A DNA stretch of 64,000 bases, taken from assembly GCA_964016885.1 (NCBI GenBank), contig OZ024740.1, forward strand, positions 135,656,001-135,720,000, given 5' to 3'. This document shows positions 38,682 to 51,764 of the stretch, piece after piece. Below the pieces are notes generated by a model, which saw nothing but the letters and a program-made list of their open reading frames with translations, was not told where the DNA came from and did no database searches. The translations under genes and the position numbers were made by a program. The DNA is from Eledone cirrhosa. Its lineage: Eukaryota. Numbering within the stretch: the stretch's first letter is position 1; the number at the start of each line of letters is the position of its first letter.

Positions 38682-38990
38682 TCATCATCATCATTTTACG
38701 TCCACTGTTCCCTGCTTGCAAGGGTGGGACGGGAACTGATTCTGGCTTGATTTCTACAGCTGGATGCCCTTCCTAACACCAACCTCATTTACAGTGAGTG
38801 CTGGGTGATTTTTGCAGTGGAATGATAGGGACCCCAGGCCCTATCATCTCATTTCTACAGCTGAGTAAACTGGAGCAATGTGAAATAAAGTGTCTTGCTC
38901 AAGGAAACAACACACCACCTGGTCTGAGAATTGAACTCACAATCTTTCGATTGCAAGGCCAATGCTCTAACCACTAAGCCATGTGCCTCC
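38682..38990 (-). mobile_element. tRNA-derived SINE (in duplication copy A)
   Basis: Reverse complement of the SINE family; small internal deletion relative to copy B. Confidence 0.85.
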
Positions 38991-39524
38991 ATTACCATAT
39001 TAACAACAAATATGACTTTCACTGCAATCAAAAATGACAAGCTTTGTGAATGGAATTTCCACCCACTTTCCGCCCTCTTTTTTCTACAAAGCTAGTCATT
39101 TTCAACAGGTTTCAAAGTCTTCATTGATAATATGTGCAAAAAATAGTTAATTGCGAACACTTTTAATGTCAGATTGGGTGGTAAGCACACACACAAAAAA
39201 AAAAAGAAAAGCAGGAAGAACATTTTTCACACTGAGTTCAATAGCATGGTGTGATGTAGTATGGTGTAGTTTGTTATGGTGTGGTTTGGTTTGGTGTAGT
39301 TTGGTATGGTTTAGTTTGGTGTAGTTATAACATGGAAACCTATCATAAATTTACCAAGGTATGGTATAATCTGGTTTGGTGTAGTGTAGGTTAGTGTGGT
39401 GTGGTGTGTTATTGTGTTGCATCATATAGCGTGATTCTCTTTAAATTAAAATCATTAAAATGTAATGCCTATCTTCTATATCTTAAAGAGTGACCTTAAA
39501 TGTGATTGCAAATGACTTTTTCTC

Positions 39525-42500
39525 TGGTTTAATGTTAGATTTAGGGTTAGTGTTAGGGAAAGTGTTACTGTTAATGGTAAGTTTATTGTTAGTGACTGTG
39601 TTACTGTTAGCATTACTGTTACTGTTAGTGTTACTGTAACTGTTACTCTTACAGTTACTGTTTGCGTTACTGTCTGCATCAGCGTTAGCATAAGCTTTTG
39701 TTGGTGTCTATGTAGACTGGTGTTAGCATCTGCGTTAGTGTTTACGTAAGTGTCAGCATCTATGTCAGCATTTGCGTCAGCGTCTGCATTGGTGATAGTG
39801 ATTGTGTCAGCATTTCCCTTAGTGTCTGAGTCAACATTAGTGTTAGCATTAGTGTTTGTTTCAGTGCCTGTGTCTACGTCAGCTTCTGAGTCAGCATTAT
39901 CATTAGCGTCTGCGTCAGCACTTGTGTCAGTGTCAGCGTTTGCATCAGCGTGCACGTCAGCATTTGCATTAGTGTTTGAGTCAGTGTTAGCATCTATGTC
40001 AGTGTTTCCGTTAGCTTCTACGTCAGCGTTTCCGTAACGTCTGCGTCAGCGTTTTCCGTTAGCATTAGCGTTTCCATTAACCTTTCCTGTGGCGTCCGCA
40101 TCAATGCAGCGTCTGCATATCCCATGTAAGCGTTAACTTCAGCATTTGCGTCAGCGTTAGCGTTAGCCTTAGCCCTAGCGTCCACATCAGCATTTGCGTT
40201 AGCGTCAGCATACACGTCAGCGCCGGCAAAACTGCCTCAACATTTGCGTCAGCGTTAGCTTGGCTTTGGCTTCAGCAATCCGCATCAGCAATTGCGTTTT
40301 GGAGATCAGCTTCGGCGGTAAGGGTAAACGCTAACTTCTACGCCTGCTTCTACATAACAACTACGTCAGCGTTTACGTTAGCTTCTACGTCATCGTTTAC
40401 GTTAGCTTCTACGTCAGCATCTACATTAGCTTCTACGTCAGCATCTACGTCATCGTTTACGTTAGCTTCTACGTCAGCATCTACATTAGCTTCTACGTCA
40501 GCGCTTACATTAGTGTCTGTGTCAGCGTTTGTGTTAGCTTCTACGTCAGCGTCTATATTTACATCTACATCAGCGTCAGCGTTTACATTTGCGTCTGCGT
40601 CATCGTTTACGTTAGCGTCTGTGTCAACGTGTGTTAGCATCTGTGTCAGCGTTTATGTTAGCGTCTGCATCAGTGTTTACGTTAGCATCTGTGTTAACGT
40701 GTGTTAGCGTCTGTGTCAGCGTCTGCATCAGCATTTTCATTAGTGTTTGCATCAGTGTTTCCTTTAGCTTCTACGTCAATGTTTACGTCTGCATTAAGGT
40801 TCACATTAGCATCGCTGTCATCGTTTGCATCAGCATTTGCGTTTGCTTTAACATCTGCATCAACATTTGCGTCTGTGTTTGCATTAGTGTCTGCATTTGC
40901 TTTAGTGTTTGCATCAGCGTGAGCATTTGTGTCAGTGTCCATGTCAGCGTTAGTGTGTGTAGCATTTACATCAGCGTGTGCGTCAGAGTCTTTGTCAGCA
41001 TTCGCCTTTGCACCCGCATCAGTATTCACGTTAGTATTTGTGTCAGCGTAAGTGATTGTGTCAACATTTGCGCTAGCGTTTGTGCCAGCATAGCCATCTT
41101 CGTCAGTGTCAGCGTTAGTGTTAGTGTTAGTGTTTCCATTAGTGTTCGTGTTAGTGTTTGTGTTTGATTTTGTATTAGTGTTAGCATTTTTGTTAGTGTT
41201 AGTGTTCAGGTTTGTGTTAGTGTTCAGGTTAATGTTGACTTAGTTTTCTGGTTAGTGTTAGTTTTCAGGTTAGGGCTCGTGTTACTTTTAGTGTTAGTGC
41301 TCAGGTTAGTGGTTTATGGTAGTGTTAGTTTTAGTGGTAGTGTTAGTGTTCAGGTTAATGTCAGTTTTAGTGTTAGTGTTAGTGTTCAGGTTAGTGTTAG
41401 TGTTAATTTTAGTGTTATTTTTTTCCATTAGTGTTAGTGTTTTATTTTGTGTTAATGTTTGTGTTAGTGTTAGTGTTCAAGTTATGTTTGTGTTAATGTT
41501 AGTTTTAGTGTTAGAGATTGTGTTAGTGTTTGTTTTTGTGTTAATATTTGTGTTAGTATCTCTGTTAGCATTAGTGATTGATGTTTCCATTAGTGTTAGT
41601 GATTGTGTTAGCGTTAGTCTTTGTTTTTGTGTTAATGTTAGCATTAGTATTTCTGTTAGTGTTAGCATGAGTGTTTGTGTTAGTGTTCAGGTTAATGTTA
41701 GCTTAGTTTTCAGGTTAGTGTTAGTGTTCAAGTTAATGTTAGTTTTAGTGTTAGTGTTGAGGTTAGTGTTAGAGATTGTGTTAGTGTTTGTTTTTGTGTT
41801 AGTATCTCTGTTAGTGTTAGTGTTTGTTTTAGTGTTGAAGTTAATGTTAGCTTAGTTTTCTGGTTAGTATCAGTTTTCAGATTAGTGTTTGTGTTAGTGT
41901 TACTTTTAGTGTTAGTGCTCAGGTCAGTGTTAGTGCTTATGGTAGTGTTAGTTTTACTGCTAGTGTTCAGGCTAATGTTTGTTCTAATGTTAGTTTTAGT
42001 GTAAGTGTTCAGGTTAGTGTTAGTGTTTGTATTAGTGTTATTTTTTTCCATTAGTGTTAGTGCTAGTCTTTGTTTTTCTGTTAATGTTAGTGTTTGTTTT
42101 AGGGTTGAGGTTAATGTTAGCTTAGTTTTCTGGTTAGTGTCGGTTTTCGTGTTTGTTTTAGTGTTAGCTTAGTTTTCTGGTTAGTGTCAGTTTTCGTGTT
42201 TGTTTTAGTGTTAGTGTTCAGGTTAGTGTTAGTTTTTATGGTAGTGTTAGTGTTACTGTTAGTGCTCAGATCAGTGTTAGTGTTTGTGTTACTGTTTATG
42301 GTAGTGTTAGTTTTAGTGCTAGTGTTTAGGTTAATGTTAGTTTTAGTGTTAAGGTTAGTGTTAGAGATTGTGTTAGTGTTTGTGTTTGTGTTAATATTTG
42401 TGTTAGTATCTCTGTTAGCATTAGTGATTGATGTTTTAATTAGTGTTAGCGTTAGTCTTTGTTTTTTGTGTTAATGTTAACATTAGTATTTCTGTTAGTG

Positions 42501-43010
42501 TTAGCATGAGTGTTTGTGTTAGTGTTCAGGTTAATGTTAGTGTTCAAGTTAATGTTAGTTTTAGTTTAGAGAGTGTGTTAGTGTTTGTTTTTGTGTTAAT
42601 ATTTGTGTTAGTATCTCTGTTAGTGTTAGTTTTAGTCTAAGTGTTCAGGTTAGTGTTAGTGTTAGTTTTAGTGTTAAGGTTAGTGTTAGAGATTAGTGTT
42701 TATGGTAGTGTTAGTTTTAGTGCTAGTGTTCAGGCTAATGTTTGTGCTAATGTTAGTTTTAGTGTAAGTGTTCAGGTTAGTGTTAGTGTTTGTATTAGTG
42801 TTTATGGTAGTGTTAGTTTTAGTGCTGGTGTTCAGGTTAGTGTTAGTGTCAGTTTTAGTCTTAGTGTTCAGGTTAGTTTGTGTTAGTTTTCAGATTCTGT
42901 GTTTGTGTTAGTTTTCATGTTAGCGCTAAGTTCACTGTTAGAGCATGTGTGAGTGCAAGTGTTAGGGTAAGTGTTATTTTTAAAGTTCGGTTTTAGCTTA
43001 AAGTTAGGTT
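39525..43010. repeat. Degenerate 6-bp-period array (TTAGGG/TTAGTG/TTAGCG/TCAGCG variants), ~3.5 kb
   Basis: Persistent hexamer periodicity; TCAGCG-rich first half, TTAGTG-rich second half; TTAGGG at both edges. Confidence 0.9.
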
Positions 43011-43361
43011 TTCTACTTTTCAGGAAAAAAGTTGATCCTCTCTAACTTGAGTGGTGTGATATAGTGTGGTAAAGTATAGTGTTTCATAGTCTTGTGTGGT
43101 GTTGTCTATTGTTGTATAGTGTAGTATGGTATATTGTTTCATAGAATGGTCTGATGTGAGGTCGTACAGTGTTTCATAGTGTGGTGTTGGATAATGTGGT
43201 ATGGTATAATGTTTGTCAGTGTGGTGTGGTATGGTATAGGTTGATGTAGTGTGTTGTGGTTTGGTATAGGTTGATGTAGTGTGGCTTAGTTTGATTATAA
43301 TAATACAAATAACAATAACAATAATAATAGTAATAATAATTGTTCTTCTTGTTCATTTTCT

Positions 43362-43677
43362 TTGTCTTCTTCTGTGCCTTTGTTTTCTTCTGTGCCTTTG
43401 ACTGCTTCTGTGCCTTTGACTGCTTCTGTGCCTTTGACTGCTTCTGTGCCTTTGACTTCTTCTGTGCCTTTGATTTCTTCTGTGCCTTTGACTGCTTCTG
43501 TGCCTTTGACTTCTTCTGTGCCTTTGATTTCTTCTGTGCCTTTGACTGCTTCTGTGTCTTTGACTGCTTCTGTGCCTTTGACTGCTTCTGTGCCTTTGAC
43601 TTCTTCTGTGCCTTTGACTTCTTCTGTGCCTTTGACTTCTTCTGTGCCTTTGACTTCTTCTGTGCCTTTGACTTCTC
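43362..43677 (-). repeat. 18-bp minisatellite (GTCAAAGGCACAGAAGMA)n, ~17 units, in an exon-like cassette
   Basis: Reads (VKGTEE)n or (SKAQKK)n on the minus strand. Confidence 0.92.
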
Positions 43678-43721
43678 TGTCATCTAATCTAAATACCAAA
43701 AATAAAAGAATGTAAAACATA

Positions 43722-43826
43722 TATGTTGCCTATCTCTCAGACTTTACAAAGTGCTGAGGAGATAAAGTTAATTTAAAGAGCAGTGTGCTCATGCACTGTG
43801 ATCCTATAATGTAGCTTATAAGCTAT
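43722..43826 (-). ncRNA. Candidate intronic structured RNA (hairpin family copy; others near 44125-44190, 52036-52140, 52439-52503, 54951-55053)
   Basis: Hairpin TATCTC-C-TCAG-C-ACTT-TGTA-AAGT-CTGA-GAGATA; 3' arm AAAGTCTGAGAGAT invariant in all 5 copies. Confidence 0.4.
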
Positions 43827-44574
43827 TTCATAACTAAAAAACAATGTCAAACATCAACAAAAGCATATACAAATATCTTTGAATGTTTAAGTTAAACCTA
43901 AATAGATCGTATCTACAGGTCATTAGGTTAAGGCTGAACTAAGATCATATCTATAAATCATTAGGTTTAGACTGAACTGAGATCATACTTTCTTCTTCTT
44001 TTCGTCATCTTCGTTTCCTGTGTCTTCTTTGTCTTTGTTGTCATTTTCATTTTAGTCGTCTGCTTCGTCGTCTTTTTCTTCTTTTCCATCTAAATATGAA
44101 AAAAAATTGTAAACAAATATATAGCTGATCTCTCAGACTTTCACGAAACACCAAGGAGATACAGTTAATATAACGAGTGGGGAGCTCATATATATATATA
44201 TATATATGGTATAGCATGGTGTTATGTGGTCTGATGTGGTACAACATGGTGTGATGTGGTGTGGTATGATATGGTGAGGTGGGACGGGGGGACACAACGT
44301 TAGATTAATGTTAACAATACACATGTAGCATCCACATGTGATGAGAAGGGGGAAACAGTGTTTAACTAATTTTAACATTACATGTAGCATCCATCTACAG
44401 GTGATTAAGTTAAGACTGAGGTGTAATCATATGAAAAGGTCAATTTAAAACTACACTGAGATTCTGCTTAAAATGATGGTCAATGAAGTGTTTACTTACT
44501 CAGATCCTTTGAAATAACTTTCTTTCTCTTACTGTAACTGGACATACTACGAAATAGAAAACAGTCGAATAGAC

Positions 44575-44890
44575 AATGGTGTGGTGTAGTGTAGTGGAGT
44601 GTGGTGTAGTGTAGTGGACAGTGGTGTGGTGTAGTGTAGTGGAGTGTGGTTTAGTGTAGTGGACAGTGGTGTGGTGTAGTGTGGTGGAGTGGTGTAGTGT
44701 ATTGTGGTTTAGTGTAGTTGACAGTGGTGTGGTGTAGTGGAGTGTGGTTCAATGTAGGGTGGGGGATATGGTGTAGTGGAGTGTGGTGGGAGGTAGTGTG
44801 GTAGCATGTGGTGTGATTGCATGTGATGTGATGAAATGTGATGTGGTGTGGTGAAATGTGATGTGGTGTGATGAAATGTGATGTGATGAA
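44575..44890. repeat. (GTGTA/GGTGT/GTGAT)n pentamer simple repeats; also 52885-53340 and 54470-54855
   Basis: Direct reading; pure (GTTGT)n at ~54650-54745. Confidence 0.85.
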
Positions 44891-46420
44891 ATGTGCTATC
44901 AACTTCCAAGATGCTCGCAGTGGACTATGCTTTTAGCATATTAACAAAAAATATGACTTCCGCTGCAATAAAAAATGACTAGCTTTGTAAATGGTATTTC
45001 CACTGACATCCTCCCTCTTTTTTTTACAAAGCTAGTCATTTTCATCAGGTTTCTATGTCATAACCATTGATAATATGTGCATAAAATAGTAATTTGCGAG
45101 CACCATTTATGTCAAATTGTGTGGTAAGCACAAAAAAAAAAAAGAAAAAAAAAATTGCCGGATGAAAATTTGTCACACCAAAATCAATAGCTTGGTGTGA
45201 TGTAGTATGGTGTGGTTTGGTGAAGTTTCTACAAAGATAGTCATTTTCGACAGGTTTCCATGTCATAATTATTGATAAGTGGAAAAAACATAGTCAATTG
45301 GGAGCACCTTGAATGTCAGATTGGGTGGTAAGCACACACACACAAAAAAAAAAGGAAACGGGAAGAAAATGTTTCACACCAAGATCAATAGCTTGGTGTG
45401 ATGTAGTATGGTGTAACTTGGTATGGTTTGGTTTGGTTTGGTGAAGTTATGAAATGGAAACCAATTGTAAACGATAGATTCCCATGTCATATTCATTGAT
45501 ATGTGGGGAAAATGTCATATTCATTGATGTGTGGGGAAAATGTCATATTCATTGATGTGTGGGGAAAATAGTCATTTGCAAGCGCCTTTGATGTTAGTTT
45601 GAGGTGGTAACCACAAAAAAAAAAAAAGAAGGTAGCAAATTTGTCACATTGATGTCCAGACATGGTGTGATGTAAATGATAGGAGTAGGTGATCTGTAAT
45701 AAATTTACCATAATATGGTGCTGTTTGATATGGTGTGGTGTGCTTTGTAAGGAATTAAATTTCCACTTTGATTTATGTAAGAAAAAAAATGTTTTCCTTC
45801 ACTTTTGCATGTGCTATCAACTAATACAACTTCCAAGATGTTCGCAGTGGACTATGCTTTTAGCATATTAACAAAAAATATGACTTCGGCTGCAATAAAA
45901 AATGACTAGCTTTGTAAATGGTATTTCCACCCACATCCTCCCTCTTATTTCTACAAAGCTAGACAGTTTTCCATGTCATAATTATTGATAATATGTGCGA
46001 AAAATAGTCAATTGCTGCACCTTTGATGTCAGATTGGGTGGTAAGAACACACACACAAAAAAAAAAGAAACAGGAAGAAAATTTTTCACACTGAGATCAA
46101 AAGTATGGTGTGATGTAGAATGGTGTAGTTTGGATTGTTGTAGTTATGACATGGGAACCTATTGCAAATGATAGGTTTCCATGTTATATCCATTGATAAT
46201 GTGTAAAAAAATAGTCATTTGTGAGCACCTTTGATATCAGATTGGGTGGTAAGCACACACACACACAGAAAAAAAAAAAGCAGGAAGAAAAATGTTCTCA
46301 CTGAGATTAATAGCACGGTGTGATGTAGTCTGGTGTAGTTTGGTATGGTGTAGTTTGATGTAGTTTAATGTGTTATGGTTTTCCAACCTCCAACATGCTC
46401 ACAACCGACTATGTTTTTAC

Positions 46421-46755
46421 CATCATCATCATCATTTTACGCCCACTTTTCCTTGCTTGCAAGGGTGGGACGGGAACTGATTCTGGCTTGATTTCTACAG
46501 CTGGATGCCCTTCCTAAAACCAACCTCATTTACAGTGAGTGCTGGGTGGTTTTTGCCATGGCACCTACACAACCACTTTGCAGTGGAATGATAGGGACCC
46601 CAGTCCCTATCATCTCATTTCTAAAGCTGAGTAAACTGGAGCAATGTGAAATAAATGTCTTGCTCAAGGAAACAACACACCACCTGGTCTGAGAATTGAA
46701 CTCACAACCTTTCGATTGCAAGGCAAATGCTCTAACCACTAAGCCATGTGTCTCC
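46421..46755 (-). mobile_element. tRNA-derived SINE (in duplication copy B)
   Basis: Same insertion site as 38682-38990. Confidence 0.85.
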
Positions 46756-47289
46756 ATTACCATATTAACAACAAATATGACTTTCTCTGCAATCAAAAAT
46801 GACAAGCTTTGTGAATGGAATTTCCACCCACTTTCCGCCCTCTTTTTTCTACAAAGCTAGTCATTTTCAACAGGTTTCAAAGTCTTCATTGATAATATGT
46901 GCAAAAAATAGTTAATTGCGAACACTTTTAATGTCAGATTGGGTGGTAAGCACACACAAAAAAAAAAAAAGAAAAGCAGGAAGAACATTTTTCACACTGA
47001 GTTCAATAGCATGGTGTGATGTAGTATGGTGTAGTTTGTTATGGTGTGGTTTGGTTTGGTGTAGTTTGGTATGGTTTAGTTTGGTGTAGTTATAAAATGG
47101 AAACCTATCATAAATTTACCAAGATATGGTATAATCTGGTTTGGTGTAGTGTAGGTTAGTGTGGTGTGGTGTGTTATTGTGTTGCATCGTATAGCGTGAT
47201 TCTCTTTAAATTAAAATCATTAAAATGTAATGCCTATCTTCTATATCTTAAAGAGTGACCTTAAATGTGATTGCAAATGACTTTTTCTC

Positions 47290-50200
47290 TGGGTTAATGT
47301 TAGATTTAGGGTTAGTGTAAGTTTATTGTTAGTGACGGTGTTACTGTTAGCATTACTGTCACTGTTAGTGTTACTGTAACTGTTACTCTTACAGTTACTG
47401 TTTGCGTTACTGTTTGCGTTACTGTCTGCATCAGCGTTAGCATAAGCTTTTGTGTTGGTGTCTATGTAGACTGGTGTTAGCATCTGCGTTAGTGTTTACG
47501 TAAGTGTCAGCATCTATGTCAGCATTTGCGTCAGCGTCTGCATTGGTGATAGTGATTGTGACAGCATTTCCCTTAGCGTCTGAGTCAACATTAGTGTTAG
47601 CATTAGTGTTTGTTTCAGTGCCTACGTCTACGTCAGCTTCTGAGTCAGCATTATCATTAGCGTCCGCGTCAGCACTTGCGTCAGTGTCAGGTTTGCATCA
47701 GCGTGCACGTCAGCATTTGCATTAGTGTTTGAGTCAGTGTTAGCATCAGCGTTTGCATTTGTGTAGGGGTTAGCATTTGCGTCAGCATTTGCATCAGCAT
47801 TCACATTAGCATAAGCGACAGCGTTTCCTTTAACGTCTTTGTCAGCATTTCCGTTAGCGTCTGTGTCAGTGTTTCCGTTAGCTTCTACGTCAGCATTTCC
47901 GTTAGCTTCTACGTCAGCGTTTCCGACCGCATCTGTGTCAGCGTCAGTATTTACATCTACATCAGCGTCAGCGTTTCAGTTAACGTCAGTGTTTACGTTA
48001 GCGTCTGTGTCAGCGTTTACGTTAGTGTCTGTGTCAGCGTTTACGTTAGCTTCTACGTCAGCGTTTCCGTAACGTCTGCGTCAGCGTTTTCCGTTAGCAT
48101 TAGCGTTTCCATTAACCTTTCCTGTGGCGTCCGCATCATTGCAGCGTCTGCATATCCCATGTAAGTGTTAACTTCAGTATTTGCGTCAGCGTTAGCCTTA
48201 GCCCTAGCGTCCGCATCAGCATTTGCGTTAGCGTCAGCATACACGTCAGCGCCGGCAAAACTGCCTCAACATTTGCGTCAGCGTTAGCTTGGCTTTGGCT
48301 TCAGCAATCCGCATCAGCAATTGCGTTTTGGAGATCAGCTTCGGCGGTAAGGGTAAACGCTAACTTCTACGCCTGCTTCTACGTAACAACTACGTCAGCG
48401 TTTTGTTAGCTTCTACGTCAGCTTCTACGTCAGCGTCTACGTTAACATCTACATCATCGTTTACGTTAGCTTCTACGTCAGCATCTACATTAGCTTCTAC
48501 GTCAGCATCTACATTAGCTTCTACGTCAGCTTCTACGTCAGCGTCTACGTTAACATCTACGTCATCGTTTACGTTAGCTTCTACATCAGCATCTACATTA
48601 GCTTCTACGTCAGCGCTTACATTAGTGTCTGTGTCAGCGTTTGTGTTAGCTTCTACGTCAGCGTCTGTATTTACATCTACATCAGCGTCAGCGTTTACAT
48701 TTGCGTCTATGTCAGCGTTTACGTTAGCTTCTACGTCATCATTTACATTAGTGTCTGCGTCATCGTTTACGTTAGCGTCTGTGTCAATGTGTGTTAGCAT
48801 CTGTGTCAGCGTTTATGTTAGCTTCTGCGTCAGTGTTTATATTAGCACCTGCGTCAGTGTTTACGTTAGCATCTGTGTTAACGTGTGTTAGCGTCTGTGT
48901 CAGCATCTGCATCAGCATTTTCATTAGTGTTTGCATCAGTGTTTCCTTTAGCTTCTACGTCAATGTTTACGTCTGCGTTAAGGTTCACATTAGCATCGCT
49001 GTCATCGTTTGCATCAGCATTTGCGTTTGCTTTAACATCTGCATCAACATTTGCGTCTGTGTTTGCATTAGTGTTTGTATCAGCGTGAGCATTTGTGTCA
49101 GCGTCCACGTCAGCGTTAGCAGCATTTACATCAGTGTGTGCGTCAGAGTCTTTGTCAGCATTCGCCTTTGCACCTGCATCAGTATTCACGTTAGTGTTTG
49201 TGTCAGCGTAAGTGATTGTGTCAACATTTGCGTTAGCGTTTGTGCCAGCATAGCCATCTTCGTCAGTGTCAACGTTAGTGTTAGTGTTAGTGTTTCCACT
49301 AGTGTTCGTGTTAGTGTTTGTGTTTGATTTTGTGTTAGTGTTAGCATTTTTGTTAGTGCTAGTGTTCAGGTTTGTGTTAGTGTTCAGGTTAATGTTGACT
49401 TAGTTTTCTGGTTAGTGTTAGTTTTTAGGTTAGGGCTCGTGTTACTTTTAGTGTTAGTGCTCAGGTTAGTGGTTTATGGTAGTGTTAGTTTTAGTGGTAG
49501 TGTTAGTGTTCAGGTTAGTGTTCGTGTTAATGTTAGTGTTAGTGTTAGTGTTAGTGTTTGTGTTAGTGTTCAGGTTAATGTTGACTTAGTTTTCTGGTTA
49601 GTGTTAGTTTTCAGGTTAGGGCTCGTGTTACTTTTAGTGTTAGTGCTCAGGTTAGTGGTTTATGGTAGTGTTAGTTTTAGTGGTAGTGTTAGTGTTCAGG
49701 TTAATGTTCGTGTTAATGTCAGTTTTAGTGTTAGTGTTCAGGTTAGTGTTAGTGTTAGTGTTAGTTTTAGTGTTATTTTTTTCCATTAGTGTTAGTGTTT
49801 TATTTTGTGTTAATGTTTGTATTAGTGTTTCCATTAGTGTTCGTGCTAGTCTTTGTTTTTCTGTTAATGTTAGTGTTTGTTTTAGTGTTGAGGTTAATGT
49901 TAGCTTAGTTTTCTGGTTAGTGTCAGTTTTCGTGTTTGTTTTAGTGTTAGTGTTCAGGTTAGTGTTAGTGTTCAAGTTATGTTTGTGTTAATGTTAGTTT
50001 TAGTGTTAAGGTTAGTGTTAGAGATTGTGTTAGTGTTTGTTTTTGTGTTAATATTTGTGTTAGTATCTCTGTTAGCATTAGTGATTGATGTTTCCATTAG
50101 TGTTAGCGTTAGTCTTTGTTTTTGTGTTAATGTTAACATTAGTATTTCTGTTAGTGTTAGCATGAGTGTTTGTGTTAGTGTTCAGGTTAATGTTAGTTTT

Positions 50201-51440
50201 AGTGTTAGAGATTGTGTTAGTGTTTGTTTTTGTGTTAATATTTGTGTTAGTACCTCTGTTAGTGTTTGTTTTAGTGTAAGTATTCAGGTTAGTGTTAGTG
50301 TTAGTTTTAGTGTTAAGGTTAGTGTTAGAGATTGTGTTAGTGTTTGTTTTTGTGTTAATATTTGTGTTAGTATCTCTGTTAGCATTAGTGATTGATGTTT
50401 CCATTAGTGTTAGTGATTGTGTTAGCGTTATTCTTTGTTTTTGTGTTAATGTTAGCATTAGTATTTCTGTTAGTGTTAGCATGAGTGTTTGTGTTAGTGT
50501 TCAGGTTAATATTAGCTTAGTTTTCAGGTTAGTGTTAGTGTTCAAGTTAATGTTAGTTTTAGTGTTAGAGATTGTGTTAGTGTTTGTTTTTGTGTTAATA
50601 TTTGTGTTAGTATCTCTGTTAGTGTTAGTTTTAGTGTAAGTGTTCAGGTTAGTGTTAGTGTTAGTTTTAGTGTTAAGGTTAGTGTCAGTATTTGTTTTTG
50701 TGTTAGTATCTCTGTTAGCGTTAGTGTTTGATGTTTCCATTAGTGTTAGTGATTGTGTTAGCGTTAGTCTTTGTTTTTGTGTAAGGTTAGCGTTAATGTT
50801 AGCATTAGTATTTCTGTTAGTGTTAGCATTAGTGTTTATGTTAGTGTTCAGGTTAATGTTAGCTTAGTTTTCAGGTTAGAGTTAGTGTTCAAGTTAATGT
50901 TAGTTTTAGTGTTAATGTTGAGGTTAGTGTTAGAGATTATATTAGTGTTTGTTTTTGTGTTAATATTTGTGTTAATATCTCTGTTAGTGTTAGTGTTTGT
51001 TTTAGTGTTGAAGTTAATGTTAGCTTAGTTTTCTGGTTAGTATCAGTTTTCAGATTAGTGTTTGTGTTAGTGTTACTTTTAGTGTTAGTGCTCAGGTCAG
51101 TCTTAGTGTTTATGGTAGTGTTAGTTTTAGTGCTAGTGTTCAGGCTAATGTTTGTGCTAATGTTAGTTTTAGTGCTAGTGTTCAGGTTAGTGTTAGTGTT
51201 TGTATTAGTGTTTACGGTAGTGTTAGTTTTAGTTCTGGTGTTCAGGTTAGTGTTAGTGTCAGTTTTAGTCTTAGTGTTCAGGTTAGTTTGTGTTAGTTTT
51301 CTATTTAATGTTAGTTTTCAGATTTTTTGTTTGTGTTAGTTTACATGTTAGCGCTAAGTTCACTGTTAGAGCATGTGTGAGTGCAAGTGTTAGGGTAAGT
51401 GTTATTTTTAAAGTTTGGTTTTAGCTTAAAGTTAGGTTTT
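47290..51440. repeat. Second copy of the degenerate hexamer array, ~4.1 kb
   Basis: Same structure as 39525-43010 with block insertions and deletions. Confidence 0.9.
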
Positions 51441-51764
51441 CTACTTTCCAGGAAAATAGTTGATCCTCTCTAATTTGAGTGGTGTGATATAGTGTGGTAA
51501 AGTATAGTGTTTCATAGTCTTGTGTGGTGTTGTCTATTGTTGTATAGTGTAGTATGGTATATTGTTTCATAGAATGGTCTGATGTGAGGTCGTACAGTGT
51601 TTCATAGTGTGGTGTTGGATAATGTGGTATGGTATAATGTTTGTCAGTGTGGTGTGGCATGGTATGGTATAGGTTGATGTAGTGTGGCTTAGTTTGATTA
51701 TAATAATACAAATAATAATAACAATAATAATAGTAATAATAATTGTTCTTCTTGTTCATTTTCT

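Larger units (their letters stand above)
32620..39350. repeat. Array of foldback (MITE-like) modules with ~50 bp arms in both orientations, interspersed with (GGTGT)n-like tracts; higher-order unit ~0.9 kb
   Basis: 'gtgctatcaactaat..ctccaa..atgct.gca.t.gactat' pairs with 'atagtcaattgcgagcacctttgatgtcagattgggtggtaagcac', repeated many times; 32870-33560 matches 37010-37700. Confidence 0.75.
43340..44546 (-). other. Exon-like cassette set A of an unannotated spliced unit (44546-44500, 44089-43989, 43683-~43340); decayed or non-coding
   Basis: T-rich tract + AG acceptors; donors GTAAGT and GTATGA; conceptual splice MSSYSKRKKVISKDL-NGKEEKDDEADD* with an in-frame TAA. Confidence 0.5.

Noticed and set aside
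39476-42886. Low-complexity ORFs (ADANAD.., VLVLVF.., NTNTNT..) resembling antifreeze, silk or membrane proteins; same at 47241-51339
   Set aside because: They are by-products of a 6-bp-period repeat; frames break often on both strands and differ between the duplicated copies
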